Shown here piece by piece: positions 48,897 to 61,064 of a stretch of 64,000 nucleotides of DNA (positions are counted from its first letter, which is position 1; the number at the start of each line of letters is the position of its first letter). The position numbers and the translations under genes were made by a program. The DNA comes from Octopus sinensis (taxonomy: Eukaryota). The notes below the pieces were generated by a model. It did no database searches, was not told where the DNA came from, and was given only the letters and a program-made list of their open reading frames with translations. The stretch is taken from positions 25,792,001-25,856,000 of the forward strand of contig NC_043003.1 in the NCBI RefSeq assembly GCF_006345805.1, in the 5' to 3' direction.

Positions 48897-49154
48897 CAAG
48901 GGTTCTCAACCATTTTTTTACCTATGGATTCCTTCAATTTCTATTTTATTCTGGTGGACCCCTACAGCCATTTAATGTTTAAAATCTAGTTATAGAAACG
49001 CCTTTCATAATTCCTATTTTGTTTTTCACATGTTAACTTGTGTAGGTTGAACTATGTAACATGTCAGAAAAAGAATACCATTGTGGCTCCCAATTTACTA
49101 TTTTATTGCACGAACTCCCAAAAATCATATATGGACCCTGGTTGAGAACCACTG
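48897..49154. mobile_element. hAT (Charlie-type) MITE
   Basis: TIR CAAGGGTTCTCAACC..GGTTGAGAACCACTG with an 8-bp TSD GTCTAACC at 48889-48896 and 49155-49162. Confidence 0.88.
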
Positions 49155-49224
49155 GTCTAACCCATGACAGTATGGAAAATGAATACTAAATGACGATGAT
49201 GACTGTGTGGTTAAGAAGTTTACT

Positions 49225-50207
49225 TCCCAAGTGTGGTAAGTAGCTTGCTTACCAACCACATGGTTCTGGGTTCAGTCCCACTGCATGGCACCATGGGCAA
49301 GTGTCTTCTGCTATAGCCTTGGGCCGACCAAAGTCTTGTGAGTGGATTTGGTAGACAGAAACTGAAAGAAGCCCGTCGTATATATGTTGTATCTCTTTAC
49401 TCTTTTACTTGTTTCAGTCATTTGACTGCGGCCATGCTGGAGCACCGCCTTTAATCGCCAGTACTTATTCTATTGGTCTCTTTTGCCGAACCACTGAGTA
49501 ACGGGGACATAAACACACCAGCATCGGTTGTCAAGCAATGCTAGGGGGACAAACACAGACACATGAACACACACACACACATCATCATCGTTTAACGTCC
49601 GTTCTCCATGCTAGCATGGGTTGGACGGTTCGACCGGGGTTCTGGGAAGCCAGAAGGCTGCACCAGGCTCCAGTCTAATCTGGCAATGTTTCTACAGCTG
49701 GATGCCCTTCCTAACGCCAACCACTCCGTGAGTGTAGTGGGTGCTTTTATATATATATACATATATACGACGGGCTTCTGTCAGTTTCCGTCTACCAAAT
49801 CCACTCACAAGGCTTTGGTTGGCCCGAGGCTATAGTAGAAGACACTTGCCCAAGGTGCCACGCAGTGGGACTGAACCCGGAACCATGTGGTTGGTAAACA
49901 AACTACTTACCACACAGCCACTCCTGCGCCTGCGTATATGTATTATATATATATATATATATGCATGTATATGTTTGTGTGTATGTATGTGTATATGTTT
50001 CTGTGTGTGTTTGTTCCCCCAACATCGCTTGACAACCAATGCTGGTGTGTTTACGTCCCCGTTGCTTAGCGGTGGGGCAAAAGAGAGCGATAGTATAAGT
50101 ATTAGGCTTACAAAGAATAAGTCCTGGGGGTCAATTTGCTCGACTAAAGGCGGTGCTCCAGCATGGCCACAGTCACATGACTGAAACAAGTAAAAGAGTA
50201 AAGAGAG
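49225..50207. mobile_element. Triple nested insertion: SINE A(+) split by SINE A(-), which is itself split by an RTE 3' UTR(-)
   Basis: Order is left half(+) 49225-49390, right half(-) 49391-49577, RTE tail(-) 49578-49748, left half(-) 49750-49931 and right half(+) 49990-50207. Confidence 0.85.
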
Positions 50208-51903
50208 CCTTGTGACTCTGGGTTCAGTCTCACTGAGACTGAATGGCTGCCTGGACAAGTGTATTCTACTATATCCCCAGGTTATGTGCATATGCATGTG
50301 TGCACATACATGTGTATGCGCCCATGTGTATGCGTCCATGTGTATGCGTCCATGTGTTTGTTTACATCTACCACTTGCTTATGCAACAGTCACAACGTTT
50401 ATGCAGTGTTCTGTTGGATTTTCTTCTCTTAAATGATCAGCCACTTGCTTCACATCTTCAAAAGCTGTGGAATAAAAGGTCCCTTACTTGAAAATAGCTG
50501 TGTTAGCATCAGAAAGGATATCAGAATTGCCATTATAAAAGCAATGTTATTCGATTTCAATCTTCAGTGGAAAACATCTATGGCCATGGAGAAATATTAC
50601 CTAGTTTGGAAACAGATGAGGGTTGGCAACCAGAAAGGAATCCATCCTTAGGAAATCTGCCTCAACAAATTCTGTCTGACCCATGCAAGCATAGATAAGT
50701 GGACGTTAAAACAATGATGATAATGATGTGGCTGTGTGGTAAGAAGTTTGCTTCTTAACCACATGGTATGAGGTTCAGTCTCACCGCACAGTACCTTGGG
50801 AAAGTGTCTTCTACTATAGCTCCTGGCCAACTAATACTGTGTAAGTGGATTTGGTGGATGGAAATTGAAAGAAGCCTATCATATATATATATATGTATGT
50901 ATGTATGTCTGTGTCTCTCTTTGTGCCTGTATTTGTCCCCCATCATTGTGTTGGTTTAGCATTACTAAAGACTTTCTGTTCATATAGTATCTATGTAACA
51001 AAATGGCATTGGGGAGCATATTTCACTTCAAATAAGCTACATGAAACAAAGGATTTAAAATTACTGCTGCAAGCTAATTAATTAGTATTCCTTCCTACTG
51101 TTCACAGTGGTGAGCAGTACCAAGCAATTTAATTAATTTACATCTAAGTAAGCTGAGCCATTTAAGAGTGCAGTGTCTTGACAACGGACAACATGACATA
51201 TCACATCAGTAATAACGAAAGAGGAATCCAACAACAGCAGCATGCTTAATAGATAAGAATGTGGCTATGTGGTAAAGAAGCTACCCATTGCATCTGTGGT
51301 GTTCCAGCTTTGGCGTTTTGGATGTCTTCTACCATAGCACTGAAATTTTCTAGCTAAAAAGTACCCATGTCAGTGCCACGTAAAAAGCACCTGTAATGGT
51401 GCCACATGAAGAGCATCCATGCTGATGTTGATGTAAAAATCATCCAGTACACTCTGTAAAATGGTTGGTGTTAAGAAGGGTATCTAGCTATAGAAACCAT
51501 ACCAAAGCAGACTATTGGGGCCTGTTGTAGCTCTTTGGCTGGCCAGCTCCTGTCAAACCATCCAATCCATGCCAGCATGGGAAACAGATATTAAACAATG
51601 ATGAGAAGTAGCTGTAGAAAAGCCCAACCAACCAGCCTCTGCATAATTTGTCTAAAATATAGTCATTTATTGTATATAATATATGTATATATTTACTTGT
51701 TTCAGTCATTGGAGTGAGGCTATTCTGAGACTCCACCTTGAAGGATTTAAGCAAACAAATCAGTCCCAGCACTTACATTTCTGCCTGCCAAATTTACTAC
51801 AAGGAATTGATTAGCCCAGGACTATAGTAGAAGACACTTGCTCAAGGTGCCTCACAATCTGACTGGACTTGACACGACTTGGTTGTGAAGTGAGCTTTTT
51901 ATG

Positions 51904-52296
51904 TAGGCGCAGGAGTGGTTGTGTTGTAAGTAGCTTGCTTACCAACCACATGGTTCCGGGTTCAGTCCCACTGCGTGGCATCTTGGGCAAGTGTCTTCAA
52001 CTATAGCCTCGGGCCAACCAAAGCCTTGTGAGTGGATTTGGTAGACGGAAACTGAAAGAAGCCCGTCGTATATATGTATATATATATATATATGTTTGTG
52101 TGTCTGTGTTTGTCCCCCTAGCATTGCTTGACAACTGATGCTGGTGTGTTTACGTCCCCGTCACTTAGCGGTTCGGCAAAAGAGACCGATAGAATAAGTA
52201 CTGGGCTTACAAAGAATAAGTCCTGGGGTCGATTTGTTCGACTAAAGGCGGTGCTCCAGCATGGCCGCAGTCAAATGACTGAAACAAGTAAAAGAG
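51904..52296 (+). mobile_element. SINE family A, full length, young
   Basis: Near-identical to 8174-8572. Confidence 0.93.
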
Positions 52297-52397
52297 ATAT
52301 ATATACATATATAAAATTCATAGATAAGAATCACATATTCTCCGCATAGAATACACCCAGTAGTGCTCAAGAGGTTTAAACTTGAATGGGTAGAAGA

Positions 52398-52790
52398 GTA
52401 AATGTAAGGGTAAACAAGTTAGGCAAGTCGATATACAAAGAATATTAAATTCAATAAATACAAAAAAAGTATATATATATGTTTACATACAAAATGTTCA
52501 ACTTACACAGAATAGAAATGATATCAAGAATTCAAGGGGTTGAAGAAGAGTATCACAAATCCAACAGCTATTTCTGGGGGCTTGGTGGTTCAAAATAAAG
52601 ATTGCTTATAGATTAAAACCCCCAGAAACAGCTGTTGGATTTGTAGTACTCTTCTTCAACCCCTTTAATTATTGATATCATTTCTATTCTGTGTAAGCTG
52701 AACATTTTGTATGTAAACATATATATACTTTTTTTGTATTTAATATTCTTTGTATATCAACCTGCTTATGTTGCTTACCCTTACATTTAC
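52398..52790. repeat. Foldback element with about 175-bp inverted arms and a 38-nt loop
   Basis: 52398-52580 is the imperfect reverse complement of 52619-52790. Confidence 0.9.
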
Positions 52791-53460
52791 ACCTATATAC
52801 ATATAAATAACCATATCATCATTTAATGTCTGTCTTCTATGCTGGCATAGGTTTGACATGAATTGATTAGCCTGAGGACTGTATTATACTTCAATGTCTG
52901 CCTTGGCATGGTTTCAATAGCTGGATTCTATTCCTCATGCCAACCACTTTACAGAGTTGTATATAGGCTGGCAAACTTCCACAATCCCAGTGAATATTTT
53001 ATTCACTGTTTCCTGTATATTCAGGCATGAATTTAATTTAAGCAGGTGCCAATGGAGTTCATGGCACTGACAAAACTCAAGAAAGGCAAAACACATTTGC
53101 CATTCTTGTGAGTCACTGCAACAACAATATTCATCTCACAGTCTATAGCGAGATTTTTATCTCAGACAACAAGTGACACTGTCATACAAACTGCATCATT
53201 CATTTTTAGTATTGTGGGAGGAAATATTACCTTTCTTGGAAGCAGGTAAAGGTTGGCTGGAAGTTAACTGGGCTGTAGCCAATTTGCCTCAATACACTGT
53301 CCAACCCACGGAAGCATTGAAAAGTGGACATTTAAAACAACAATGACGATATATATACACACACACATACATATATACATACATACACACACTCATATAA
53401 GATATAAGTAGCAAGAAAGAGAGAGAGAGACAGAAAAAGTAGATGAAAAAAGATAGTTAC

Positions 53461-53558
53461 CGTCCAATACGCTCATATCCTTTCTCTTGGTCAGATCTCA
53501 GATCATCAATAGTCTCCTTATCTCGGGAAGGTTTCCAATTCCTTCTGAACTCATTAGC
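53461..53558 (-). CDS. ANKLE2: ANKLE2 exon (ANEFRRNWKPSRDKETIDDLRSDQEKGYERIGR)
   Basis: Acceptor TTTACATTAG|G and donor CG|GTAAC, phases 0/2. Matches human AEDFRKLWK..SDPERGFERVGR. Confidence 0.9.
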
Positions 53559-54699
53559 CTAATGTAAAGAGAAATAGTGAAAGTGTATGTGTCAGAGAGA
53601 GAGAGAGAGAGAAAGAGAAAAGTGATGGTATCTCTCTTTCTTTCTAACAATCCTACATGGCATTACAAACTTTTAATTCTTTTGTGACTGTATTTCTGTT
53701 GAAATATATTGCCTTCATTTCAATTGGTTTTGAAAATAATCAAGAAATTAGTAAAATAACTATCATTATTAAATGGGTTTAACCCTTTAGTGTTCACATT
53801 ATTCTGCCAAAATTAATCCTTTTTTATCCACATTGTTTTGAACTAATCATGCATTATCTTGTGGCTTTGAGATTTTGATGAGGTAGCTGTTAATTTTTAA
53901 AACAATATTGTAGGGTTGGTGTGAGAGACCAGATCTGGCCAGTTTGAACATAAAACAGACAGAATACTTTTGGCCGGATTTGGCCGGTTTAAATGCTAAA
54001 GGGTTAAGGCAGTGAGCTGGCAGAATTGTTAGCTGTGTTCTGAGTTCAAATTCTGTCATGGTTGACTTTGCCTTTCATCCTTTCGGGGGTCGATAAATTG
54101 AGTACCAGCGAAACACTGGGATCGATGTAATCGACTAACCCACCCCCTCCCACCAAATTTCAGGCCTTGTGCTTATAATAGAAGGGATTATTAAACTGGA
54201 GTTTGGCACATAAATTATCATGAAATATTATTCTATTGTTCTCTTTTGCTGAGGGGGGGGGGGGGGGCTACCAGATAGCAATGATACAGAGGAACAGGGC
54301 TGTGAGGACAAGATCAGGGAGCAAGAGCTAGGCATAGTGTATGAAGGAGGAAATATGAGGAAGAGCAGAGATGTAATTGGTTTGTTGGGGTAGGGCGTGT
54401 GAAAATTTTTCTTGTTACATGTGGGTGGAATACACAAATCAGGAGCTAGCAGATAGCAATGATACAGTGAGACAGGGCATGTGGGTGGAACACACAGGTT
54501 AGGGGCACAGTGCCTAGAGGACAGGATTGGGGAGTGGGAGGTAAGCATAGTGCATGAAGTGGAAATCTGAGGAAGAGAAGAGATGTAGTTTGGTTTGTTG
54601 TGGTAGGGTGTGTGAGAAGTTTTCATGTTAAGTGTGGTTGGGACATACAACGCTTCTAGAACTCAGTTTTGCTGATGTGGGAGGGTCTTCTCAAGAACT

Positions 54700-54945
54700 T
54701 CATATCGCCAGACATCTCAGTCTATTGTCATTTCTTCTGTGAGGCCCAACATCCTGAGATTGGTCATTACCACTTCATCCCATGTCTTCCTGCATCTCTT
54801 TCTTCTGCAGGTACCATCTACTTTCAGTGATCGGCACTTTTTTATGTAGCTGTCCTCATTCATACACACCACATGTCCAAACCAATGTCATCTTCTCTCT
54901 TGCATGCTACATTCGACTCCTCTTATGCCCAACTTTTATATATAT
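54700..54945 (-). mobile_element. Degenerate RTE C-terminal coding fragment
   Basis: The reverse complement reads ..WFGHVV..KTWDEVVMTNLRMLGLTEEM, homologous to 62444-62719. Confidence 0.7.
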
Positions 54946-55024
54946 ATATATCACCGTGACCAACAAGGCTATCAGATGTTGCTACACATTGCTGGTCACA
55001 ATGTGCTTCGTATTGATTTAGCCT

Positions 55025-55245
55025 TCAAATGACGCCACCCCATTGGCTAAGCGAGCAGACCAATAGAAGAAAGATTGAGAGAGAAAGTTGTGGCGAAAGA
55101 GTACAGCTGGGATCGCCACCAAACCCTGCCTCATGGAGCTTTAGGTGTTTTCGCTCAATAAACAATCACAACGCCCGGTCTGGGAATCAAAAACACGATA
55201 CTACAACTGCGAGTCCGCTGCCCTAACCACTGGGCCATTGCATCT
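55025..55245 (-). mobile_element. SINE family C head with a third type of 3' part
   Basis: The head matches 34378 and the tail reads ..TGGTCTGCTCGCTTAGCCAATGGGGTGGCGTCATTTGAAG. Confidence 0.85.
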
Positions 55246-55832
55246 CCACACACACATATATATTTAAAAAAAGGTGATTAAACACTCAAATGCATAATTA
55301 TTATCTGAAAAATATAATTCAATAAACAAAAGAGTTGTAGAAAAATAAAATAATACTAATAAAGATAAACTGAACTACAAAACCTCATCTCTACCACTTC
55401 ATTCAATGCCAAATCATGTAGAAAGTTAAAAGGTACAACAAAAATAGCATGTTTATTAGGTAGACTGGAGACTGGTACAGCCCTCCAGCTTACCAGTTCC
55501 AGTCAAAGCATCTAACCCAAGGGTTCTCAACATACAGTACGTGCAGGACTAACTGGGCATATTTTATATGCATGTGATTCAAGTGTGTGGTAGTGTTCAT
55601 TGGGAGAGGAAAAAGGAGGAATGGAAAAACAAAATTAAAATCTAATAAAAATTAAAAAAAAAAGATGTGAAAGAGGAAAGAGAGAAAAAAGTACAAGTAC
55701 AGGAATAAAGGGAAATAATAAGGCTGAGAGGTAAGCAAGGCTGAAGGGAAAATACAGAGTAAGGAGATGAGGAAAGGCAGGGGAAAAAAAAAAAGCAAGA
55801 GAGGCATCAAAGATAAAAATAGAATAAGTTAC

Positions 55833-56041
55833 CTGCTCAGGGGACATTGGCCCAGCATAAGCTTTGACAACACTGGACAACATACGAGAGCTCAGTGGTG
55901 ACCCTTCGGGGGAGTCAACTGAAGGCACTTGATTGAAAGGTGGACTCTGAGCATCACAAGTATACACTGGACTGCAAGGTTGACCTATTCGAGGCGGGCT
56001 TAGGTTATCTTCATCTCTATATAAAGGCACATAACAGCGTT
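55833..56041 (-). CDS. ANKLE2: ANKLE2 exon (E-RCYVPLYRDEDNLSPPRIGQP..AYAGPMSPEQ)
   Basis: Acceptor TTTTTCAG|A and donor CAG|GTAAC, phases 1/0. Matches human YYVPLLR..AFAGPLSP. Confidence 0.92.
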
Positions 56042-56800
56042 CTGAAAAACAGTAATAAAATTTATGTATATATCATCATCATCATCATCGTTTAACGTCC
56101 GTTCTCCATGCTAGCATGGGTTGGACGGTTCGACCGGGGATCTGGGAAGTCAGAAGGCTGCCCCAGGCTCCGGTCTTATCTGGCAATGTTTCTACAGCTG
56201 GATGCCCTTCCTAACGCCATAATATATATATATATAGTATATATATTTTATCAGACGAATGTATGTATGTTTGTCCTTTAATTGGAATTTTTTCCTTAGA
56301 TTCCTAATGACTTTTCTTCTTTGCTTGCAAATTTTTTAAAAGGGTCATATAAGTATGAAAGCTTGTATTGAAATAATCAATATATGACTTAACTTATTAA
56401 ACAAAGTTCAACAAATTCATTTATATTTATGAAATGACCGAGACTGGATATTAAAACAGATTATAATTTTTATTTTTCATATTCCTATACAGTTGTTTCA
56501 TACAAATGGACAAAGGTATTCATGAATAGAATATCGTAATGAGCCAAATTTGTATTCATCAGTAGGTAATATTAAAAGGAAAATAAAAAGATGGTGCTAA
56601 TATATCTAATATTTAATTTGATTTGAGGAAGTCAAATTAAATATTAGATATATTAGCACCTATGCCCTTAGTTATCAACAAAAACAAGAATACAACTATA
56701 AATGCAACAAGAACAAAAATTAATATAAAACAAATATAAAATTGACAGTAAAAATAGCGTAAGAGAAATATATATATATATATATACATGATGTAGGTAC

Positions 56801-56858
56801 CTTCTAAGAATCTCTCAATCTGTTTCCTTGAAGAAGCACTAATTGATTCTGGTATCAA
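56801..56858 (-). CDS. ANKLE2: ANKLE2 short exon (LIPESISASSRKQIERFLE)
   Basis: Acceptor CATTGCAG|T and a weak donor G|GTACCT. Phases 0/1 exactly bridge the flanking exons. Confidence 0.78.
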
Positions 56859-56934
56859 CTGCAATGAAATAATACAAAAACACTTTCCTGAAATATAGAT
56901 TACTGATGTACATGTGGATGCAAGTTCATTCATT

Positions 56935-56971
<37 letters not shown>

Positions 56972-57609
56972 TGTGTTAACCACCATGGCTTGTTACCAGA
57001 TATTTAAATAATATGAGTACTAAATCATCATCATTTAACATCCGTTTCCATGCTAGCATGGGTTGGACGATTTGACTGAGGACTGGCGAACCAGATGACT
57101 GCACCAGGCTCCAATCTTGATCTGGCAGAGTTTCTACAGCTGGATGCCCTTCCTAACACCAACCACTCCGAGAGTGTAGTGCGTGATTTTACATGCCACT
57201 GGCACGAGGGCCAGTCAAGCGGTACAGGCAACGGTCACGCTCAAATGGTGTTTTTTACGTGCCACCTGCACAGGAGCCAGCCCAGCAGCACTGGCATCAT
57301 GAAATATTGTAAAAATGCAAAAAAATTACATGATGCACTATCTGGTCAAGGAATTGAAACCATGATTTCACAATGGTGAGTGCAACAGCCTAACCACAAG
57401 GTCATGTGCCCTCGTATATATACACACACACACACACACACACTAGCAACCCTTTCTACCCACCTACTTGTATGCTGCTAACAACATACTACTATTGCAA
57501 TTCCCACTACCTACTACACACATTCTTCCTCAAAAAAGAAAATCAATTTTACACGCAACAACTGTAACGCATTCAAAACAAAAGGTACAAAATGCAGGAA
57601 GCAACTCAC

Positions 57610-57732
57610 ATCCAGTGGAGTTTTGTTAAGTTTATTCTTTGCATTTATTTTGGTCAATGGATGGTTCACAAGGACTTCGATGACGCCTTTGTAGCCAGCC
57701 TTGCAAGCAAAGTGTAGTGGTGTTTCACATGA
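57610..57732 (-). CDS. ANKLE2: ANKLE2 ankyrin-repeat exon (SCETPLHFACKAGYKGVIEVLVNHPLTKINAKNKLNKTPLD)
   Basis: Acceptor CACTACAG|T and donor GAT|GTGAGT, phases 0/0. Confidence 0.94.
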
Positions 57733-58356
57733 CTGTAGTGAAAGAAAGAAAGAAAATGGATGTAAAATAGACAAAACAAACAAACCAAACACAAATAGCT
57801 ACAAATAAACATATTAAACTGTCAATGCATGAGACCAAGTAATAAGGTAGCCACTGTATGGTTGTTTGACCTGTTAAAAATAGCAGTCAAATCAAACTAT
57901 TGTGTTAAAAAAAGAAATAAAAATGGAAAGGGAAATATTGGATCATGTAGCTCTAAATACACTATATCTGAGAGGAAAATGGCCAAAACACATGGGGTGT
58001 TCATAATGGGAATGGCTTTGATCGTGAACCTGCAAGATTAGAGCTGACCTGGAGTTTAACAAGTGAAAGTCAGGTAGATAACCCTTGCACCACAGCTCTC
58101 CATGACCAGCACAGCGTTGGGCTTATCCCGGTTCACTTGCTGTTACTGGTTGGTTTCTTTCCCTCCACTTACACTCCATCCAAGATGGAGACAAGTACCA
58201 ACATCTCATGCAGCAGGTTTGATAACTGCCGAGAATTCTTTATATGAAACCCATGGGTGCCTTGTTAACTCACAAATAAAGAAGATTCATCCACCAATGC
58301 AGTGTTAAGCATTAATTCTTGCTGTTTGTTATTAGAGTGTGTATGCATGTATGTAT

Positions 58357-59400
58357 GTATATATCTCGTTCACAGAGGAGTTTTACAAACAGTTCTCGGG
58401 AGTGGCCATGGGAACGAGATTGGGCCCCAACTGTGCGAACCTGTTCGTTGGCTATGTTGAGGTCCAAATACCTTCAAGATTCACTGGTCCCACTCCCGAA
58501 CTATATGGTTGTTATATTAATGACTGTATTGGTGCGACCTCGCTCTCCCGCAAACAACTAAATTCCTTCCTCTCTTTTGTCCAATCTTTCCATTCTGCCC
58601 TTGAATTCTCCTGCACCATTTCCAACACTTCAGTTGCCCTTCTTGACATTTCAGTCAACATAAACCATTCCACTCTCACCACTTCCATCCATTACAAACA
58701 CGCCAACTCACACTCATACCTCAACTTCACCTCCTCCCACCCTACCCACACCAAGCTCTCCATCCTCTACTCCCAATTCCGCCATCTGTGCAAGCTCTGC
58801 AGTGACAACCATGACTTTGAGACTCAGTCTCAACTCATGGCTTGCCACTTCATTCTTTGTGGATATCCCCTCACCACTATCTACACTGCTCTTGCCAGAG
58901 CACATTACATGGACCATGCATCTGCTCTCTCTCTCCACACCCGCCCCACCATTATCCATCTCCCCTCACCTACCACTCCTCCACCCTGCCTCACCAACAC
59001 ACCATTCTGAGCCTTCTGGCGACTCCAGTCTGACCCCTCCACTTCACACATCTTCCCCAACCTAACCCTTCTCTCCTTCAAATGAGCCCACAACCTACGT
59101 GATCTCCTGGTCCACAGTTTCTTCCCCAACCCCACCTACCAACCTGGCACATTCCCCTGCTCCTGCCCATACCTCTCTCTAACACCACCATCCTCACAAG
59201 CACCCATCATATCACTGACACCTTTATATGCATTTCTAGCAACGTCTCTCCTGCTCTTTCTGTCCTTCTCTGAACATTGGCCAAAATGTGACACCGCTTG
59301 ACTGACCGGTTCGCGGAACACCTCTGAGACGTTAGACTTGGCAATGACACCTCGGTCTTGTGCCATTTCCTATCTACTGGTCATTCATCACAACCCCTGT
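58357..59400 (+). mobile_element. 5'-truncated Penelope-like element (RT plus GIY-YIG), inactive
   Basis: VAMGTRLGPNCANLFVGYVE, YIND (the catalytic DD is mutated), LLDISV and SHSYLNFTSSHP. GIY-YIG remnants at 59230-59400 match 5885-6200. Confidence 0.88.
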
Positions 59401-60878
59401 CTGTGTTTGGATTGTCTTTGCACAGTTGGCCTGAAATTTGTGATGCAGAGTAGGGCTGTTGTCCATTACACCAACCTCAGTACTCAACTGGTACTTGTTG
59501 ACCTCCACAGAATTTGAACTCAGAACAAATGAGAAAAAGTCAACAAAATGTGATGATCTGTACCTTACACACACACAAACATACATATATATGTATGCAT
59601 GCATATTCTTTTTCAGCCATGAAGTTGCAGTCATGCTGGAGCAACACACACACACACACTCACACATTAAATATTAAACTAGTCCTTTTGTTTTAAAAGT
59701 ATTTCTTCTGAAACAAGAGGCAGTGATGTTTTGTTAGACACTGATTGTTGTGGATAAGTTTTAGCCAGGAAAATAAAAAGTTATGCTGCTTTGTGCTGGG
59801 GCTCATGTTTATGCTTGTGTCGATTTTTTGATTTTTTTCTTTTTAAAAATAAACTATGAAATTAATTAAAAATATATTTCTGGCAAAATTTACAAGTTGC
59901 TGTTTTATTTTGATCAAAATACCTGCTACTCCAGCCACTGCAATTATAATTCTTTCACTTTCCCTAACCAACATGTAATATCTCCGATTGCCACTCACTC
60001 CCTCTTTCTCTCCATCAGTAATTTCAGTCTTCTTCTACCAAATGTGACCTTCAGCAAAAACACATTGTGTTTGCCAGCCTTGCCTGGCCTCTGTGCCGGT
60101 AGCACGTAAAAAGCACTATTTGATCGTGGCCGTTTGCCAGCCTCGTCTGGCACGTAAAAAGCACTCACTACACTCACGGAGTGATTGGCATTAGGAAGGG
60201 CATCCAGCTGTAGAAACACTGCCAGATCAGACTGGGCCTGGCGCAGCCTTCTGGCTTCCCAGACCCCAGTTGAACCACCCAACCCATGCATGGAGAGCGG
60301 ACATTAAACAATGATGATATGTGTGTATAACAGGCATTTTGATCAAACAAAAAGGGTGTATGATGCTAGAGGAGGAATAGTTCTTCATGGTGAGAGGTGG
60401 TAACTTTCTTTCAGGAGTTGGTCAGGATCTTATTTGGTTCTCACTCTTGTATGTGGCTGCATAAGGCTCCACAGATGTTGTTGTGTATGGTGGCAGCTAC
60501 ACTCTGTTTTCTGGTTTCAAATGACCAGCTAAACTACATGAGTGAACCCAAGGGTTACACCTGAGAGTGGGAATATCTATCCCTACGTGCACAAAACCTG
60601 GAACAGCAGAAAGGTCAATGAACTTGAAGGCACAACAACAGGGTATGTGAGAAACCATAAGATAGGGTGAGTCAAGACACAGAAGGCAATATCTATCAGT
60701 AATATGGAAAGGATTGAGAGGCTCCATCATATAGCATCCCAAAGAAATACCAATGACGATCCAAAGAACTGGAAGTACTTTGAAAGCCAACCCCAAGACA
60801 TGGGGTGGGCACTTGGCTAATGGTGAGGTTTGTATTTAGATATATAAGGAATATAAAAGGTAAATAGACAATACAAAC

Positions 60879-61064
60879 CCCTTTGTCTGGTGTGTTAAGG
60901 TAGTAATCTATCAGACGCTCTGTTCTATCACATATGCTATCATCATTGATACCATACAATTTGCAGAAGAAATTTGGATCCTGGATGACTTCAAGGATTA
61001 TTTTGATAATCTCAGGCTTATTCATTTTGGCAGCGATATGAAAAGCGTTGTAACGGGCACCCAC
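60879..61064 (-). CDS. ANKLE2: ANKLE2 exon (VGARYNAFHIAAKMNKPEII..LIDYYLNTPDKG)
   Basis: Acceptor CTATTTCAG|G and donor GGG|GTTTGT, phases 0/0. Matches human GCRYNVMHVAAK..DLYLNTPDK. Confidence 0.94.

Noticed and set aside
54270-54610. Purine-rich ~165-bp direct duplication
   Set aside because: Degenerate low-complexity repeat debris with no assignable family or function.
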